The position numbers and the translations under genes are program-made. Shown piece after piece: positions 9,443 to 18,887 of a stretch of 64,000 nt of DNA (its first letter is position 1; each line of letters starts with the position of its first letter). Origin of the DNA: an uncultured Pseudomonadota bacterium (GTDB lineage: Bacteria; Oederibacteriota; Muellerivitia; Muellerivitales; Muellerivitaceae); assembly GCA_963836235.1 (NCBI GenBank), contig CAWIIP010000004.1:224001-288000 (forward strand). The letters are read 5' to 3'. The notes beneath the pieces were generated by a model. It saw only the letters and a program-made list of their open reading frames with translations. It was not told where the DNA came from and searched no databases.

Positions 9443-10660
9443 ATGAAAAAGAGAATATCTATTTTTGTGGTCCTGATTTTATTTCATTCGGTGATGGCTT
9501 ATGCCAAGACAAAACCGAAAACCACCCCTACCCCAAGCCCAACTTCAACCCCGGAACCTAAGCCCCGGTGGGTCCCGCCACCCTATGTTGGCAACGACTC
9601 CAAAGTCCTCAATGCGACTGTTGCGGCCCATTACGAGAGTGCCGCTTCCGGGAACCTTGGCTATTCCTTATTCGACCTTTCTGGTATCCGAAAACTCGAC
9701 GAGAACGACGTTTCGGCCCAAGGGACCGTCCGGTTCATGAAATATTTTTCCAGTTCGGATGATGTAGGGGAACTCCAATTGAGGGAAGCCAATCTTTCCC
9801 TTTCCGAGCCCTGGATTGAAGTAAGGTTGGGCCGGATGGATTTGTCCGATATCGCAAGTACCACCCACTTTTTTGGGCGTTATCCCTTGATGGGTTTGAG
9901 GCGATTGGACGGGATCAAGGTTTATATCCCTTTCAAGTTTTTCTTCGGAGTTGAGGATTACAAGAGCGTTTCAAGCCCGCCGACATCGTTAAGCTTTTTT
10001 TATTTTCCAACCCTTCTTTCGGCCCAGGACGCTGTCATTGACGGTTCCCAAGGTTATTTCATGGGACAGGCCCGCATGAAACTCAATTTCGGGGATATTC
10101 GGACAGTCCTTCTTTTCAACATGGGGGCCAGCTCGTCGGATGATTTTGAATACTCCTCCATGAGTGGGAATCCTGCCTACTCCATTTGTGGGGAGGCCAA
10201 CTTCAGCAGGGATTACACCCTTTACTTCGAATACGGGGTTCAGGATTCCGCCAGGTCGGGCGATACGAGCGCATTCACATTTGGGGGAAAAGCCGAGCAT
10301 CTATTTACCTTCGACTTCCTCTCCCTCGACCAAGTCATTCTGGAAGTCCAAGTTCCGATTGCCAACAATCCCAATAATCCATTTACAGGCGGGAACGGCA
10401 TTGATCCGGCATCCGCAGTACTCCCTCAGACCGCTTTGTATGGGAAGGCGCGGATTCGAATTCGGTCTATTTTCATTGATTTCAACATCACTGATTCTTT
10501 GGGCGATTTCACCTTCGCTCGGTTGAATCCCAACAACATCAACACACCTTTACCCATGCCGGTGGGTGGGGGGAATGAGACGGACGGCCTGGAAATCCCG
10601 CTTCTCTCATCCGGTTACAACAACTACGCCTTCAGCGTGGATACGGGGGTTCAGTTTTGA
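9443..10660 (+). CDS. secreted protein, probable outer-membrane beta-barrel
   Basis: Signal peptide, PT linker, LREANL..EVRLGR porin-like motif, amphipathic strands, terminal Phe (GVQF). Confidence 0.6.
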   Translation: MKKRISIFVVLILFHSVMAYAKTKPKTTPTPSPTSTPEPKPRWVPPPYVGNDSKVLNATVAAHYESAASGNLGYSLFDLSGIRKLDENDVSAQGTVRFMKYFSSSDDVGELQLREANLSLSEPWIEVRLGRMDLSDIASTTHFFGRYPLMGLRRLDGIKVYIPFKFFFGVEDYKSVSSPPTSLSFFYFPTLLSAQDAVIDGSQGYFMGQARMKLNFGDIRTVLLFNMGASSSDDFEYSSMSGNPAYSICGEANFSRDYTLYFEYGVQDSARSGDTSAFTFGGKAEHLFTFDFLSLDQVILEVQVPIANNPNNPFTGGNGIDPASAVLPQTALYGKARIRIRSIFIDFNITDSLGDFTFARLNPNNINTPLPMPVGGGNETDGLEIPLLSSGYNNYAFSVDTGVQF

Positions 10661-11163
10661 AAGGGGCATTTCTTTTCATCATTTTTTGGTTTGTTTCCAG
10701 GGCCTTGGCCCAGGACGGCAACCCATTCACGGACGTCCGGGACAGGGACCAATGGTCTATAGAACAGGTTATGGAGCATAAAGCCCCCGTGGATTCATGG
10801 GATGGAAGTTCAAATGAAGGAGGCACCCACCGGGGAAAAAGACCTGCTCCAATTGCTCCCCCAACCGCGACTCCTTTTCAAACTAAATCTTACAACTTCC
10901 AAACCGAAACAGACGAGGCCAAGGTCGGCGCATCCATTACGGATAACGGTTCCAATTTCACCATAGATATTTCCTGTGACCAAACGATCCAGGGTTGGCT
11001 TTTGAAATTCCAATCAACCAAGCAGGTTTTCCTGAAAGGGGGGGCGCCCACGGATAACCCTTACAAATGCCGGATCGCGGTGGACCGGCCCTATATCAGG
11101 GACTTTGGACTGACCGTTTATGTCACCCAAGACAGTGATCCGGCTTTTATCCAACTCTTTTAG
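10657..11163 (+). CDS. secreted hypothetical protein
   Basis: Signal peptide (ALA-Q); coupled to neighbours. Confidence 0.6.
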   Translation: MKGAFLFIIFWFVSRALAQDGNPFTDVRDRDQWSIEQVMEHKAPVDSWDGSSNEGGTHRGKRPAPIAPPTATPFQTKSYNFQTETDEAKVGASITDNGSNFTIDISCDQTIQGWLLKFQSTKQVFLKGGAPTDNPYKCRIAVDRPYIRDFGLTVYVTQDSDPAFIQLF

Positions 11164-11172
11164 GCGGTAAAG

Positions 11173-11622
11173 ATGGAAAACCAAATACAGAAGTCGGAAA
11201 ACTTAAAGACTTTTCATCCTTCATTTTATCAATGTACGCCCGTGCTTTTTCTCCCCTTTCCGTTGTTTCTTTTTGTCCTCTTGGGAGTCCGGCTTTATTA
11301 CATCCTAATGCTGTTTTGGTTCATGGAAATGTCGTTTCTTTTATTTATCTGGGTTTACCTCACAACCACTCTCTACGTCATCAGGCCCGACCGAATTGAA
11401 ATCAAAACCGGGATATTCGTTAAGCGGTCAAGAACCGTCCCTTTCGACCAAATCATAAATATCACCTGCAAACAGAGCATTGCCCAAAGGCTTTTTAGGA
11501 TTGGGGACATTTTCATAGACACTCCCGGAGGGAAACCTTTTGAGTTGGCTTTGGCGGGGGTCGAGAGACATGAAGAGATGGCGGAATTTCTATTTGCCTT
11601 GAAAAAAAGAGGCAATCCATGA
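11173..11622 (+). CDS. membrane protein with bacterial PH domain (bPH_2/YdbS-like)
   Basis: Two TM helices, then Y.I.PDRIEIKTGIF.K.SRTVPFDQI.NIT.KQSI.QRLFRIGDI. Confidence 0.8.
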   Translation: MENQIQKSENLKTFHPSFYQCTPVLFLPFPLFLFVLLGVRLYYILMLFWFMEMSFLLFIWVYLTTTLYVIRPDRIEIKTGIFVKRSRTVPFDQIINITCKQSIAQRLFRIGDIFIDTPGGKPFELALAGVERHEEMAEFLFALKKRGNP

Positions 11623-12485
11623 AGGTCATACTTCTTTGTTTTTTGATGTTTAGTGGGGCTTGCCAACTGGTTTTGGCCGACACAACTTCCGACGATCCTA
11701 AAACGGAAGAGGCGTTGAGGAACAATGTCATCGACTTTAGGGATTGGTTGATGAAACAACTTTCCCAATTTCCCAAAGCCGACCCGCATAAAACAGGGAT
11801 GATCCTAAGAAATTATGCATCTCTTCCAAGAAAGAACCGGGTCATCAATGCCAACCAATACAACCAAGCGGCCAAATCAGATTGGGTGAAAGGCCAAGTT
11901 TTGCAGGGCCTTTCCACCTTGAGCCAACAGCTTGCCAATACCGCAGGGACGGCTTTAGCTCCTCAAAGCGCAAGCCAGCTTCAACAATACTCGACTCAAT
12001 TGGGTCAAAGTAACGATCCCCAATTCCAACAGGTTGGAACTCTTTACTCCCAGGAAGCCCAGGCCTTACAAGCAGGGAACACCCAGGGGGCCAACCAAGC
12101 GGCCAGCCAGGTCGCCGCCGTTCCCCAGCCCAATGTCCCGCCAGGATACCAACCCACCCAAAACGAAACATCACTGGCCGCGACCCTTAACCAGATCACC
12201 GGAAGCCTTATCGGTGCGGTCGTTGAGGCAGTTATCGCCATTTATGGCGGACCGGTTGCGGCCTCCCTGTTTTCACCGGCAATTATGTCGATTTTTGGGG
12301 GTGGGCAGAATACCGGAAGTGCCCTAGCAACAGCGCCGAACCCCGCAACGGCGCTTAACACGGGGGGAGTCAATGTCGCACAAACGGGAGGGGGAGCGTT
12401 GATGCAACAGTTGGGTAGTGTGAATGTCAAACCGCTTCAACCCCAAAATTCCGCAAATGCCGGTGCCGCACCACCGGCCCAATAA
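11619..12485 (+). CDS. secreted Gln/Ala-rich protein, possible VirB5/TrbJ-like minor pilin
   Basis: Signal peptide, Q-rich helical core, position just before pilin and VirB6. Confidence 0.45.
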   Translation: MKVILLCFLMFSGACQLVLADTTSDDPKTEEALRNNVIDFRDWLMKQLSQFPKADPHKTGMILRNYASLPRKNRVINANQYNQAAKSDWVKGQVLQGLSTLSQQLANTAGTALAPQSASQLQQYSTQLGQSNDPQFQQVGTLYSQEAQALQAGNTQGANQAASQVAAVPQPNVPPGYQPTQNETSLAATLNQITGSLIGAVVEAVIAIYGGPVAASLFSPAIMSIFGGGQNTGSALATAPNPATALNTGGVNVAQTGGGALMQQLGSVNVKPLQPQNSANAGAAPPAQ

Positions 12486-12508
12486 ATATCAATGATCGGA
12501 GAAATTAA

Positions 12509-12871
12509 ATGAAAAAAAGAAACTTTATCAATTCTATAAAGCAGGTAGGGATGACGGGCTATCTCCTCATTCTTGCGGATAAGGCCAATGCACAAGCGAT
12601 TACCAGTATGCCGGAACTTTCCCCGATAAAACTGATGATCCTTTTTGTACTGGATGCTTATGGGGTTTGGAAACTATTGCAATGCGTTAAGAACGTCTTG
12701 GATCACCTCGCCGATTCAAGTAAGGGTGATCCGGCGGCTAAAGATCGGATTTGGGGAAGCGTTCTGGCTTTCATCGGGATACTTATGGTGGGGGTAATGG
12801 TCAATGTTTTAATTCTCAAAGCGGGAGAATTTGGGGCGAGGCCGGTTAGTTCTGTCCTGTCCGGGAATTGA
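12509..12871 (+). CDS. VirB2/TrbC-like pilin
   Basis: Long signal ending ANA-Q, two hydrophobic helices separated by a KGDPAAKDR loop, 120 aa. Confidence 0.6.
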   Translation: MKKRNFINSIKQVGMTGYLLILADKANAQAITSMPELSPIKLMILFVLDAYGVWKLLQCVKNVLDHLADSSKGDPAAKDRIWGSVLAFIGILMVGVMVNVLILKAGEFGARPVSSVLSGN

Positions 12872-12878
12872 TCCATTC

Positions 12879-14792
12879 ATGAAAAGAGTTCTTCAACTCC
12901 CACCCCTAATTTGTTTTTGCCTTTTGACCTCGACTTCCTGGGGGGTCTCGGTGTTATCGACCGATAGCGGCCCCACTTCACAGACAATCGAGCAGGGAGT
13001 TTCGGCAGGGATTTTCGATTCCATGACGCAACACGCGGGGGATTGGGTCGCCAATGGGATGAACAAAATCGGGAATTGGGCTTTGCAAACTTTATTTGCG
13101 ATTTACGATAAATATATTGGAACTTTCCTGATTATGATCCCCGATTTGGCATCTCCCCAAACCTATACCGCATTAACCAATGGCTCCCTTAATACATCCG
13201 CCAATGCAGTCCAAGTCGTTCTAAATATTCTAAAAATTACCAGTGGGACAGGACTTTTCATCCTGATAGTAGGGTTTGTTATAGATACGGGCCAAAGGTC
13301 ATCCGGTTTGTGGGATAGGTTTGTCGATGGATCAACCGTGATTGGGTTCGTTGCGGCTTTCCTTTTTCTTTTCGCTTGGCCGACCGTTCATTCCTACCTG
13401 ACCAATGGGATAACGGCGATGGGTTATTACATTTATAACCAGAATACTTTGCGCACTTCCGGCGTTTTGGAGGGCATCCAGAATATTGACCTAAATTCTG
13501 ATGGTGTAGCGACTTCCGTTCAATTGGCCCAATTTGATTTCCGGGGAAATTTCATCACGATTCAGGGAATCATTTGGAATCTTATTTATCTCATTTCCAT
13601 TTCCTTGGTCGTCTTGGGTTTCTACAACTGTTATTCGGCGGTATCCGCGGGGGATTCCCAGAAAGGCAGTTATAAATTTTTTCAGGCCGTTGCCGGAATC
13701 ATCCTGATTCTCGGTGTTCCCACAATCATCCATGTTTTTATCGACAAAGGAGCCGACGCTTTGGGGACCCAACAAGCCATTCCGGGGCAATCCCTTACTC
13801 CTTTTTCCATGCAAGGATTGGTTCAGGATAACGGCGTTCAGTATCCCCAACAACAGGGGCAAGCCCCGCCCAACATTGGAACAGCAGGCAATAGTACCCA
13901 AGTTCCTGGAACAAGCCGTTTAGCGATATTTTCTGCTGGCCTTGTGAAATGCGGAGTTTCTATTTGGGGACTCATCGTCTGCTTTTCGGTGGTCTTCGCA
14001 AAGTTTTTCCAAATTTTGAATCTTTGGGTCATGTTCATCCTCGGTCCCGTTTTCATCGGGTGCCTTGGGCACCCGGCCACTTCCTCTATTTTTTGGGGCG
14101 CGGCCCGGTACTTTTTAAAACTCATCCTTTATTCCGTAATTTGGGCAATCACCCTTGTCGGCCTCTATTTGATTCCAAACATCAATTGGGGTGTGGAGAC
14201 AATTGGTGTGAACAGTCTCTTGACGGCAGTCGCCGTACTTGCCGGTCTTCAAATGATCGCCAACGTCCAAGAATTCGCATCCCTTTTCACAACCTTTTCA
14301 GGCGCAAACCTGAGAGGCGAAGGTTACAAGGAATCCTACCGGGATACCAAGGCAGCCCTTGGGTCGGCCAATTCATTACGCCTGGGAACATTTGGAGCCC
14401 TTCAAGGCGCATCGGGTGAGACAAGTCAAGGGTTGGCCGCCGCCACGGGTGCGGCATTCGGGTCAATTATTCCCGGTGTGGGGACGGCTAGTGGTGCCCT
14501 GGCAGGGCAAAAGACGATGAAAGGTTTTAACTCTTTAGCCAAATTGGGGTCTATGGGTGGCAGGGGAAAGGGTGAGGAAGAATCGGACAATCCGATTTCA
14601 AAAGCCCTTAAAAAGTTTTCCGGCAATGTAATTTCCAAGAATCTTTCTAAGGAAGACCAACAAAACAAGTCCTACTCGGTGGATGAAAGAAAAAAACGCC
14701 AATTGGTCAGTGAATACGCAAAAAAACTCCAAGGCAAGAAACCAAATCCGAATTCAGGGTATCAGGGACCAAAAGGGAAGAGGAGTGTCTAA
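12879..14792 (+). CDS. VirB6/TrbL-like polytopic membrane protein
   Basis: Multiple TM helices, LWVMFILGPVFIGC...TSSIFWG VirB6-like motif, Gly/Ala-rich then basic C-tail; likely start ATG 12879. Confidence 0.7.
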   Translation: MKRVLQLPPLICFCLLTSTSWGVSVLSTDSGPTSQTIEQGVSAGIFDSMTQHAGDWVANGMNKIGNWALQTLFAIYDKYIGTFLIMIPDLASPQTYTALTNGSLNTSANAVQVVLNILKITSGTGLFILIVGFVIDTGQRSSGLWDRFVDGSTVIGFVAAFLFLFAWPTVHSYLTNGITAMGYYIYNQNTLRTSGVLEGIQNIDLNSDGVATSVQLAQFDFRGNFITIQGIIWNLIYLISISLVVLGFYNCYSAVSAGDSQKGSYKFFQAVAGIILILGVPTIIHVFIDKGADALGTQQAIPGQSLTPFSMQGLVQDNGVQYPQQQGQAPPNIGTAGNSTQVPGTSRLAIFSAGLVKCGVSIWGLIVCFSVVFAKFFQILNLWVMFILGPVFIGCLGHPATSSIFWGAARYFLKLILYSVIWAITLVGLYLIPNINWGVETIGVNSLLTAVAVLAGLQMIANVQEFASLFTTFSGANLRGEGYKESYRDTKAALGSANSLRLGTFGALQGASGETSQGLAAATGAAFGSIIPGVGTASGALAGQKTMKGFNSLAKLGSMGGRGKGEEESDNPISKALKKFSGNVISKNLSKEDQQNKSYSVDERKKRQLVSEYAKKLQGKKPNPNSGYQGPKGKRSV

Positions 14793-15083
14793 ATGGCTAT
14801 TCCTTTAGAAAAAGAATCCAAAATGTGGGGTCTCTTTTATACCTCCGATTTTAACAAATTGATGTTTGCCATTATCGGCAACGCCCTTGCCTTCATGGTG
14901 TTTTTCATTTTTTGGGGCCTTGAAGGCGCATTAGTCCTTTTCTTCGCAACCATGATCCTCGTGACCACTTACTACGTCATGAAGAGTTTTTGGCCCGAAA
15001 AATACTTTGAAAACATCATCCGTTACCACAACGAACCAAAACAATATTTTCCCGGCGGGGAAGCAAGCGAGTTTGAGAAATGA
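14793..15083 (+). CDS. VirB3/PrgI-like membrane protein
   Basis: 96 aa, two TM helices, ...PKQYF tail, directly before VirB4. Confidence 0.6.
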   Translation: MAIPLEKESKMWGLFYTSDFNKLMFAIIGNALAFMVFFIFWGLEGALVLFFATMILVTTYYVMKSFWPEKYFENIIRYHNEPKQYFPGGEASEFEK

Positions 15084-17647
15084 GAAATTTCTTCATACCA
15101 AAAAAGAAGCCAGATTCAGTAGCGGGACTACTCAGGATAAAAGCAGTCGGACCGGGTTACATCGTTTTAAGGAATCCTGAGCAATATGTCTCAATATTTA
15201 GGATTGCGGGAGGGTTGAATCCTTGGATGGAAGACCCGGATGTTTTGGGGGAGAAAATCCGAAAGCTTGATTCAATCCTATCGGATTTGAGAAGAGGCGA
15301 GGAAGTCCAATTCCTGACTAAAAGAATTAAGGCTGATGCTGAATCCGCGATTGAAAAATTTGACGAAAGGATTCACGACAATGCCCCAGAGGTTTTCAGG
15401 AACCAATACCCAGAGTTTTTTCGGAATTGGCTAAGACAGTTTTATGACCAACAGAAAATATGTCATTACCGGTCCTATGTCCTATTTACCATCCCGCCAC
15501 CCCGATCTTCAAAACCCACCAAGGATTTTTTGAAGATTGAGGAAGTGCTTCGAAGGGGGAAATCCTGGGCATCCCAACTCAATATGGTCGGAATGGATGT
15601 TCAGGAACCAACGGAAGAGGAGATTTACTCACTTCTTTTTGAGGAATTATCCCAACAACCTTTTTATGGGAATCCCCAAAGATTCAAGAATGCCGTTGGA
15701 GTTTCTGGGGGGGACTATGGTTTACAAACATTAAGAGAAATGTTGACCACCTATCCGTGGGATTTTAGGGAACCAACTTACTTCAAGGTTGGGGATGTCT
15801 TTGGCAAAACCCTTTATGTGACTGAATTCCCATCTTTCAACGAAGAAAACCTTTTCTTCCAGGAGCTTTACGAACAAACCGATGATTTCAAAATCTCTCT
15901 TTTTGTGAAGGGAGTAGACATCTTCCGGGCTCAATCAATCGTGGAAAAACAAATTCAAGCCGACCAAGGGGCTATTTGGAAAAGAAAGAACGTGATGAAT
16001 TTCGATGCGAAAGCGGCTTTGGATTATCGCCAAAGCGTTCTCGAGCTTGTATCGGAAAGAAGAACATCCCTCGCAAAGTTTTCCCTCTACGTGACCCTCT
16101 TTTCCGACAATTCCAAAAAACTTATGACCAGTTTCGAGAGTTTGACCAGGATGTTCAAGAACGTCCATCCCTTATCAGGTTACGGCGAACAGAAGAGGCT
16201 TTTTCTTTCGACTATCCCGCAGGCAACCGATGAAGCTGGACATGAACACCTTCAAGCCACGGCTGTCATCGCAAACGCGATCCCCTGTCTTTATGACCCC
16301 ATTGCAGATACGGACGGTGTCCCAATCGGGAAAACACTTTCCGGCGAAATGGTTCAATTAAATTTGTGGGGGAGGGAAACGGAAAACTGGAACGTCCTGG
16401 TAGTTGGGTCTTCCGGCACGGGAAAGTCTTTCAGCATCAACCAACTGCTTATAAAAAACCTGCCCATGAACCCCTACGTCATGATTATCGATAAATCCCA
16501 ATCTTATAAAACCCTGTGCAGGCTGGCTGGTGGTCGCTATTTGAATTATGACTTGGATAGCTCCCATCACTTGAACATCTTCGACTATCCCCTTGATGAG
16601 GTTAAGGCGCTAGACGGTGAAATCGATCCCGATCATATCGCCAACATCATCATGTATTTGGGAGTAGTCCTTGCGAATATCAAGGATAACCGGATTGAGG
16701 AAGCCGAGGAGTTGGACAAAGCCCTTCTCCAAGAAGCCGTAAAACAAACCTATAAGAACACCATCGGGGAGAACAGAGTTCCTCTCTTGAGGGATTTAAG
16801 GGAAACACTTTTCAAAATGGCCGATGACAAGAAAGTACCGGCCCAATTCCAATACATTTGCCGGAAACAATCGGAAGTTTTGAAACTCTTCACCGGAAAG
16901 GGAATGTACGCCAACCTAACCGACCGGGAATCGACCGTCAACGCGGACAATTCATTCATCGTTTTCGATACATCCGGGATAAGTGATAACGACAAAAAGG
17001 CCGTAGGATTGGCGGTCTTTGTTATCTCCAATTACTGCCTTAATAAGGCAAAGCAGAACAAAGAATTAAACCGCCTTTCCCAATTGGCGATGGATGAATG
17101 CTGGTATTTAGCTCAGTATCCCGCAGGCCTAGCCTTCCTATTAAGAATCGCAAAGACCGCCCGGCATTTACGGCTCCAACCCATTTTCGCCACCCAAGAA
17201 ATTGGAGAGTTTTTCGGGGTGAAGGGTGTTGAAGCAATCCTCAAGAACACTTCCACAAAAATACTCTTAAAGCTGGTCGGGGACGACATCGACCACGCAA
17301 AAGGACTCCTTCAGTTAAATCCAACCCAAGTTGAGAAGGTGATGAACCTCCATTTGGTTAAGGGTGTCTATTCCCAAGCCTTGATCCACCAAACTCTTCG
17401 GCAGGGAATCGTGAACATTTTTCCCGATGAATTGGCTTATCACATCGCAACGACTTATGGCCCGGAAGCGGCAGTCCGTGACCATTACCTTGAAACCTAT
17501 TCGAGCGAGGAAGACCCATTAACGACTTTGGGAGCAATCAGCAAATGGATTGAGGACAAGGAAAACAACTGTGTTTTGAAACCAATCGTTAGGGAACAGG
17601 ACAAATTGCCCATAGTCAAAAAGGCGGAAGAGGTAGTGATGAAATGA
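15080..17647 (+). CDS. virB4: VirB4/TraC-family T4SS ATPase
   Basis: Walker A GSSGTGKS, IIDK..SY..LC..AGG, Walker B MDECW, ARH...ATQ; 855 aa. Confidence 0.9.
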   Translation: MRNFFIPKKKPDSVAGLLRIKAVGPGYIVLRNPEQYVSIFRIAGGLNPWMEDPDVLGEKIRKLDSILSDLRRGEEVQFLTKRIKADAESAIEKFDERIHDNAPEVFRNQYPEFFRNWLRQFYDQQKICHYRSYVLFTIPPPRSSKPTKDFLKIEEVLRRGKSWASQLNMVGMDVQEPTEEEIYSLLFEELSQQPFYGNPQRFKNAVGVSGGDYGLQTLREMLTTYPWDFREPTYFKVGDVFGKTLYVTEFPSFNEENLFFQELYEQTDDFKISLFVKGVDIFRAQSIVEKQIQADQGAIWKRKNVMNFDAKAALDYRQSVLELVSERRTSLAKFSLYVTLFSDNSKKLMTSFESLTRMFKNVHPLSGYGEQKRLFLSTIPQATDEAGHEHLQATAVIANAIPCLYDPIADTDGVPIGKTLSGEMVQLNLWGRETENWNVLVVGSSGTGKSFSINQLLIKNLPMNPYVMIIDKSQSYKTLCRLAGGRYLNYDLDSSHHLNIFDYPLDEVKALDGEIDPDHIANIIMYLGVVLANIKDNRIEEAEELDKALLQEAVKQTYKNTIGENRVPLLRDLRETLFKMADDKKVPAQFQYICRKQSEVLKLFTGKGMYANLTDRESTVNADNSFIVFDTSGISDNDKKAVGLAVFVISNYCLNKAKQNKELNRLSQLAMDECWYLAQYPAGLAFLLRIAKTARHLRLQPIFATQEIGEFFGVKGVEAILKNTSTKILLKLVGDDIDHAKGLLQLNPTQVEKVMNLHLVKGVYSQALIHQTLRQGIVNIFPDELAYHIATTYGPEAAVRDHYLETYSSEEDPLTTLGAISKWIEDKENNCVLKPIVREQDKLPIVKKAEEVVMK

Positions 17648-18243
17648 CGGAACCGAACGAAAAAGATGATTTGAAATTCTTGGAAAAGTTGGATGAGGAA
17701 CCGAAGAAATCTGGTTACACCCCCGCGATTCTTGTCGCTATTGCGTTTGTTGGGCTTGGAATCGCGACGACTCTTTTATGGGGAAGAACGAAGATTTTGA
17801 ATTCCCCTAAAACCGACGTATCGAACACAACGGATCAACAAGCGGTAAGCCAGGAGGCTCAATATTCCGACATCATAAACTTCGCCGAAAAATTCACAAT
17901 CATGGTTTTCAACGTGAACTATACCGATATCAACCACCAGGAAGACAAAGTGGCAAACCTTATGAGCGACAACATGATGTCTTACTACCAGGATGCTTTT
18001 CTTGACCCTAAATGGATTGCCTTCATTACAGACAATAAGGCCTATGTGACCTACCAGGGAATTGAACGGTCAACGGTCGAGAACACCGATGGAACCCACT
18101 ATTGGGTCCGGGTGATTGGTAAATGCCTCTACAACTCCGATACCAGAGGGTTTGGCTCCCAGATTGAATTGCCGTTTCACCTGGTAGTTGTCGTCAAGAA
18201 GGACAACGGAAAACTAATCATTACGGATTTTCAAAGGTTATAG
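17644..18243 (+). CDS. VirB8/TcpC-like (NTF2-like) bitopic protein
   Basis: Single TM helix then FAEKFT..FNVNY..., NTF2-like C-terminal strand GKLIITDF. Confidence 0.6.
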   Translation: MTEPNEKDDLKFLEKLDEEPKKSGYTPAILVAIAFVGLGIATTLLWGRTKILNSPKTDVSNTTDQQAVSQEAQYSDIINFAEKFTIMVFNVNYTDINHQEDKVANLMSDNMMSYYQDAFLDPKWIAFITDNKAYVTYQGIERSTVENTDGTHYWVRVIGKCLYNSDTRGFGSQIELPFHLVVVVKKDNGKLIITDFQRL

Positions 18244-18887
18244 CGATGGAAGATCTTATTTTACGGATTAATCCTCAAATTGCTCGGCGCTACCTGCAAG
18301 CGGCCAATTTTTACTTTGTGACCGATAGTTATCTTGATGCTTTGAAAAAATTTGAAGGCCTTTTGGTTGGACACGAAAAGGAAGGGTATTCCGAAACGCC
18401 TTGGATATATGCCAAGTTCAAAAAGCCTAACCTCGTTTTAAAAACCATAAATCGAATCAACGAATTCTTTCCAACCTTCACAAAAAGAATTGCCTTTGTC
18501 GCTAGAGCCCAATTTTTACTTGGGATTTACCTGTTTTATGTCAAAGACGACCACGGAAAGTTAATCATCACGGATTTTAAAAGGCTTTGATCGATGGAAG
18601 ATAACGTATTGCAGATAAACCCGGAATTAGCCCGAAGATGCCTTCAATCTGCCCATCTATATATGGAAACAAACCGTTACCGTGAGGCCTTGAAGCTTTT
18701 TGATGACGTTATTGGCAAATACCAACCCCAAAACATTGAAGCCCATCTGGAATCGGCAAAGATTTATGCCAAGTTCAAAAAGCCTAATTCCATATTAAAG
18801 GTAATAACCCGTCTCCATAATTTCGCTGAAAAAACTCCCGAAAGTCTTGTCTTGCTTGGTAGAGCCCAATTTTTTCTTGAGCTTTAT
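18193..18887 (+). repeat. diverged tandem duplication (~345-bp unit: ~18193-18530 and ~18540-18887)
   Basis: Both copies contain the virB8-like 3' end, stop, CGATGGAAGAT and the TPR start; identical 23-mer TATGCCAAGTTCAAAAAGCCTAA in both. Confidence 0.85.
18246..18590 (+). CDS. chimeric ORF: TPR N-terminus of the DGC plus C-terminal strand of the VirB8-like protein
   Basis: MEDLILRINPQIARR ~ MEDNVLQINPELARR; ends VKDDHGKLIITDFKRL ~ VKKDNGKLIITDFQRL. Confidence 0.7.
   Translation: MEDLILRINPQIARRYLQAANFYFVTDSYLDALKKFEGLLVGHEKEGYSETPWIYAKFKKPNLVLKTINRINEFFPTFTKRIAFVARAQFLLGIYLFYVKDDHGKLIITDFKRL

Noticed and set aside
18193-18887. Diversity-generating retroelement TR/VR pair
   Set aside because: Differences are not adenine-specific, include indels, and no reverse transcriptase is present
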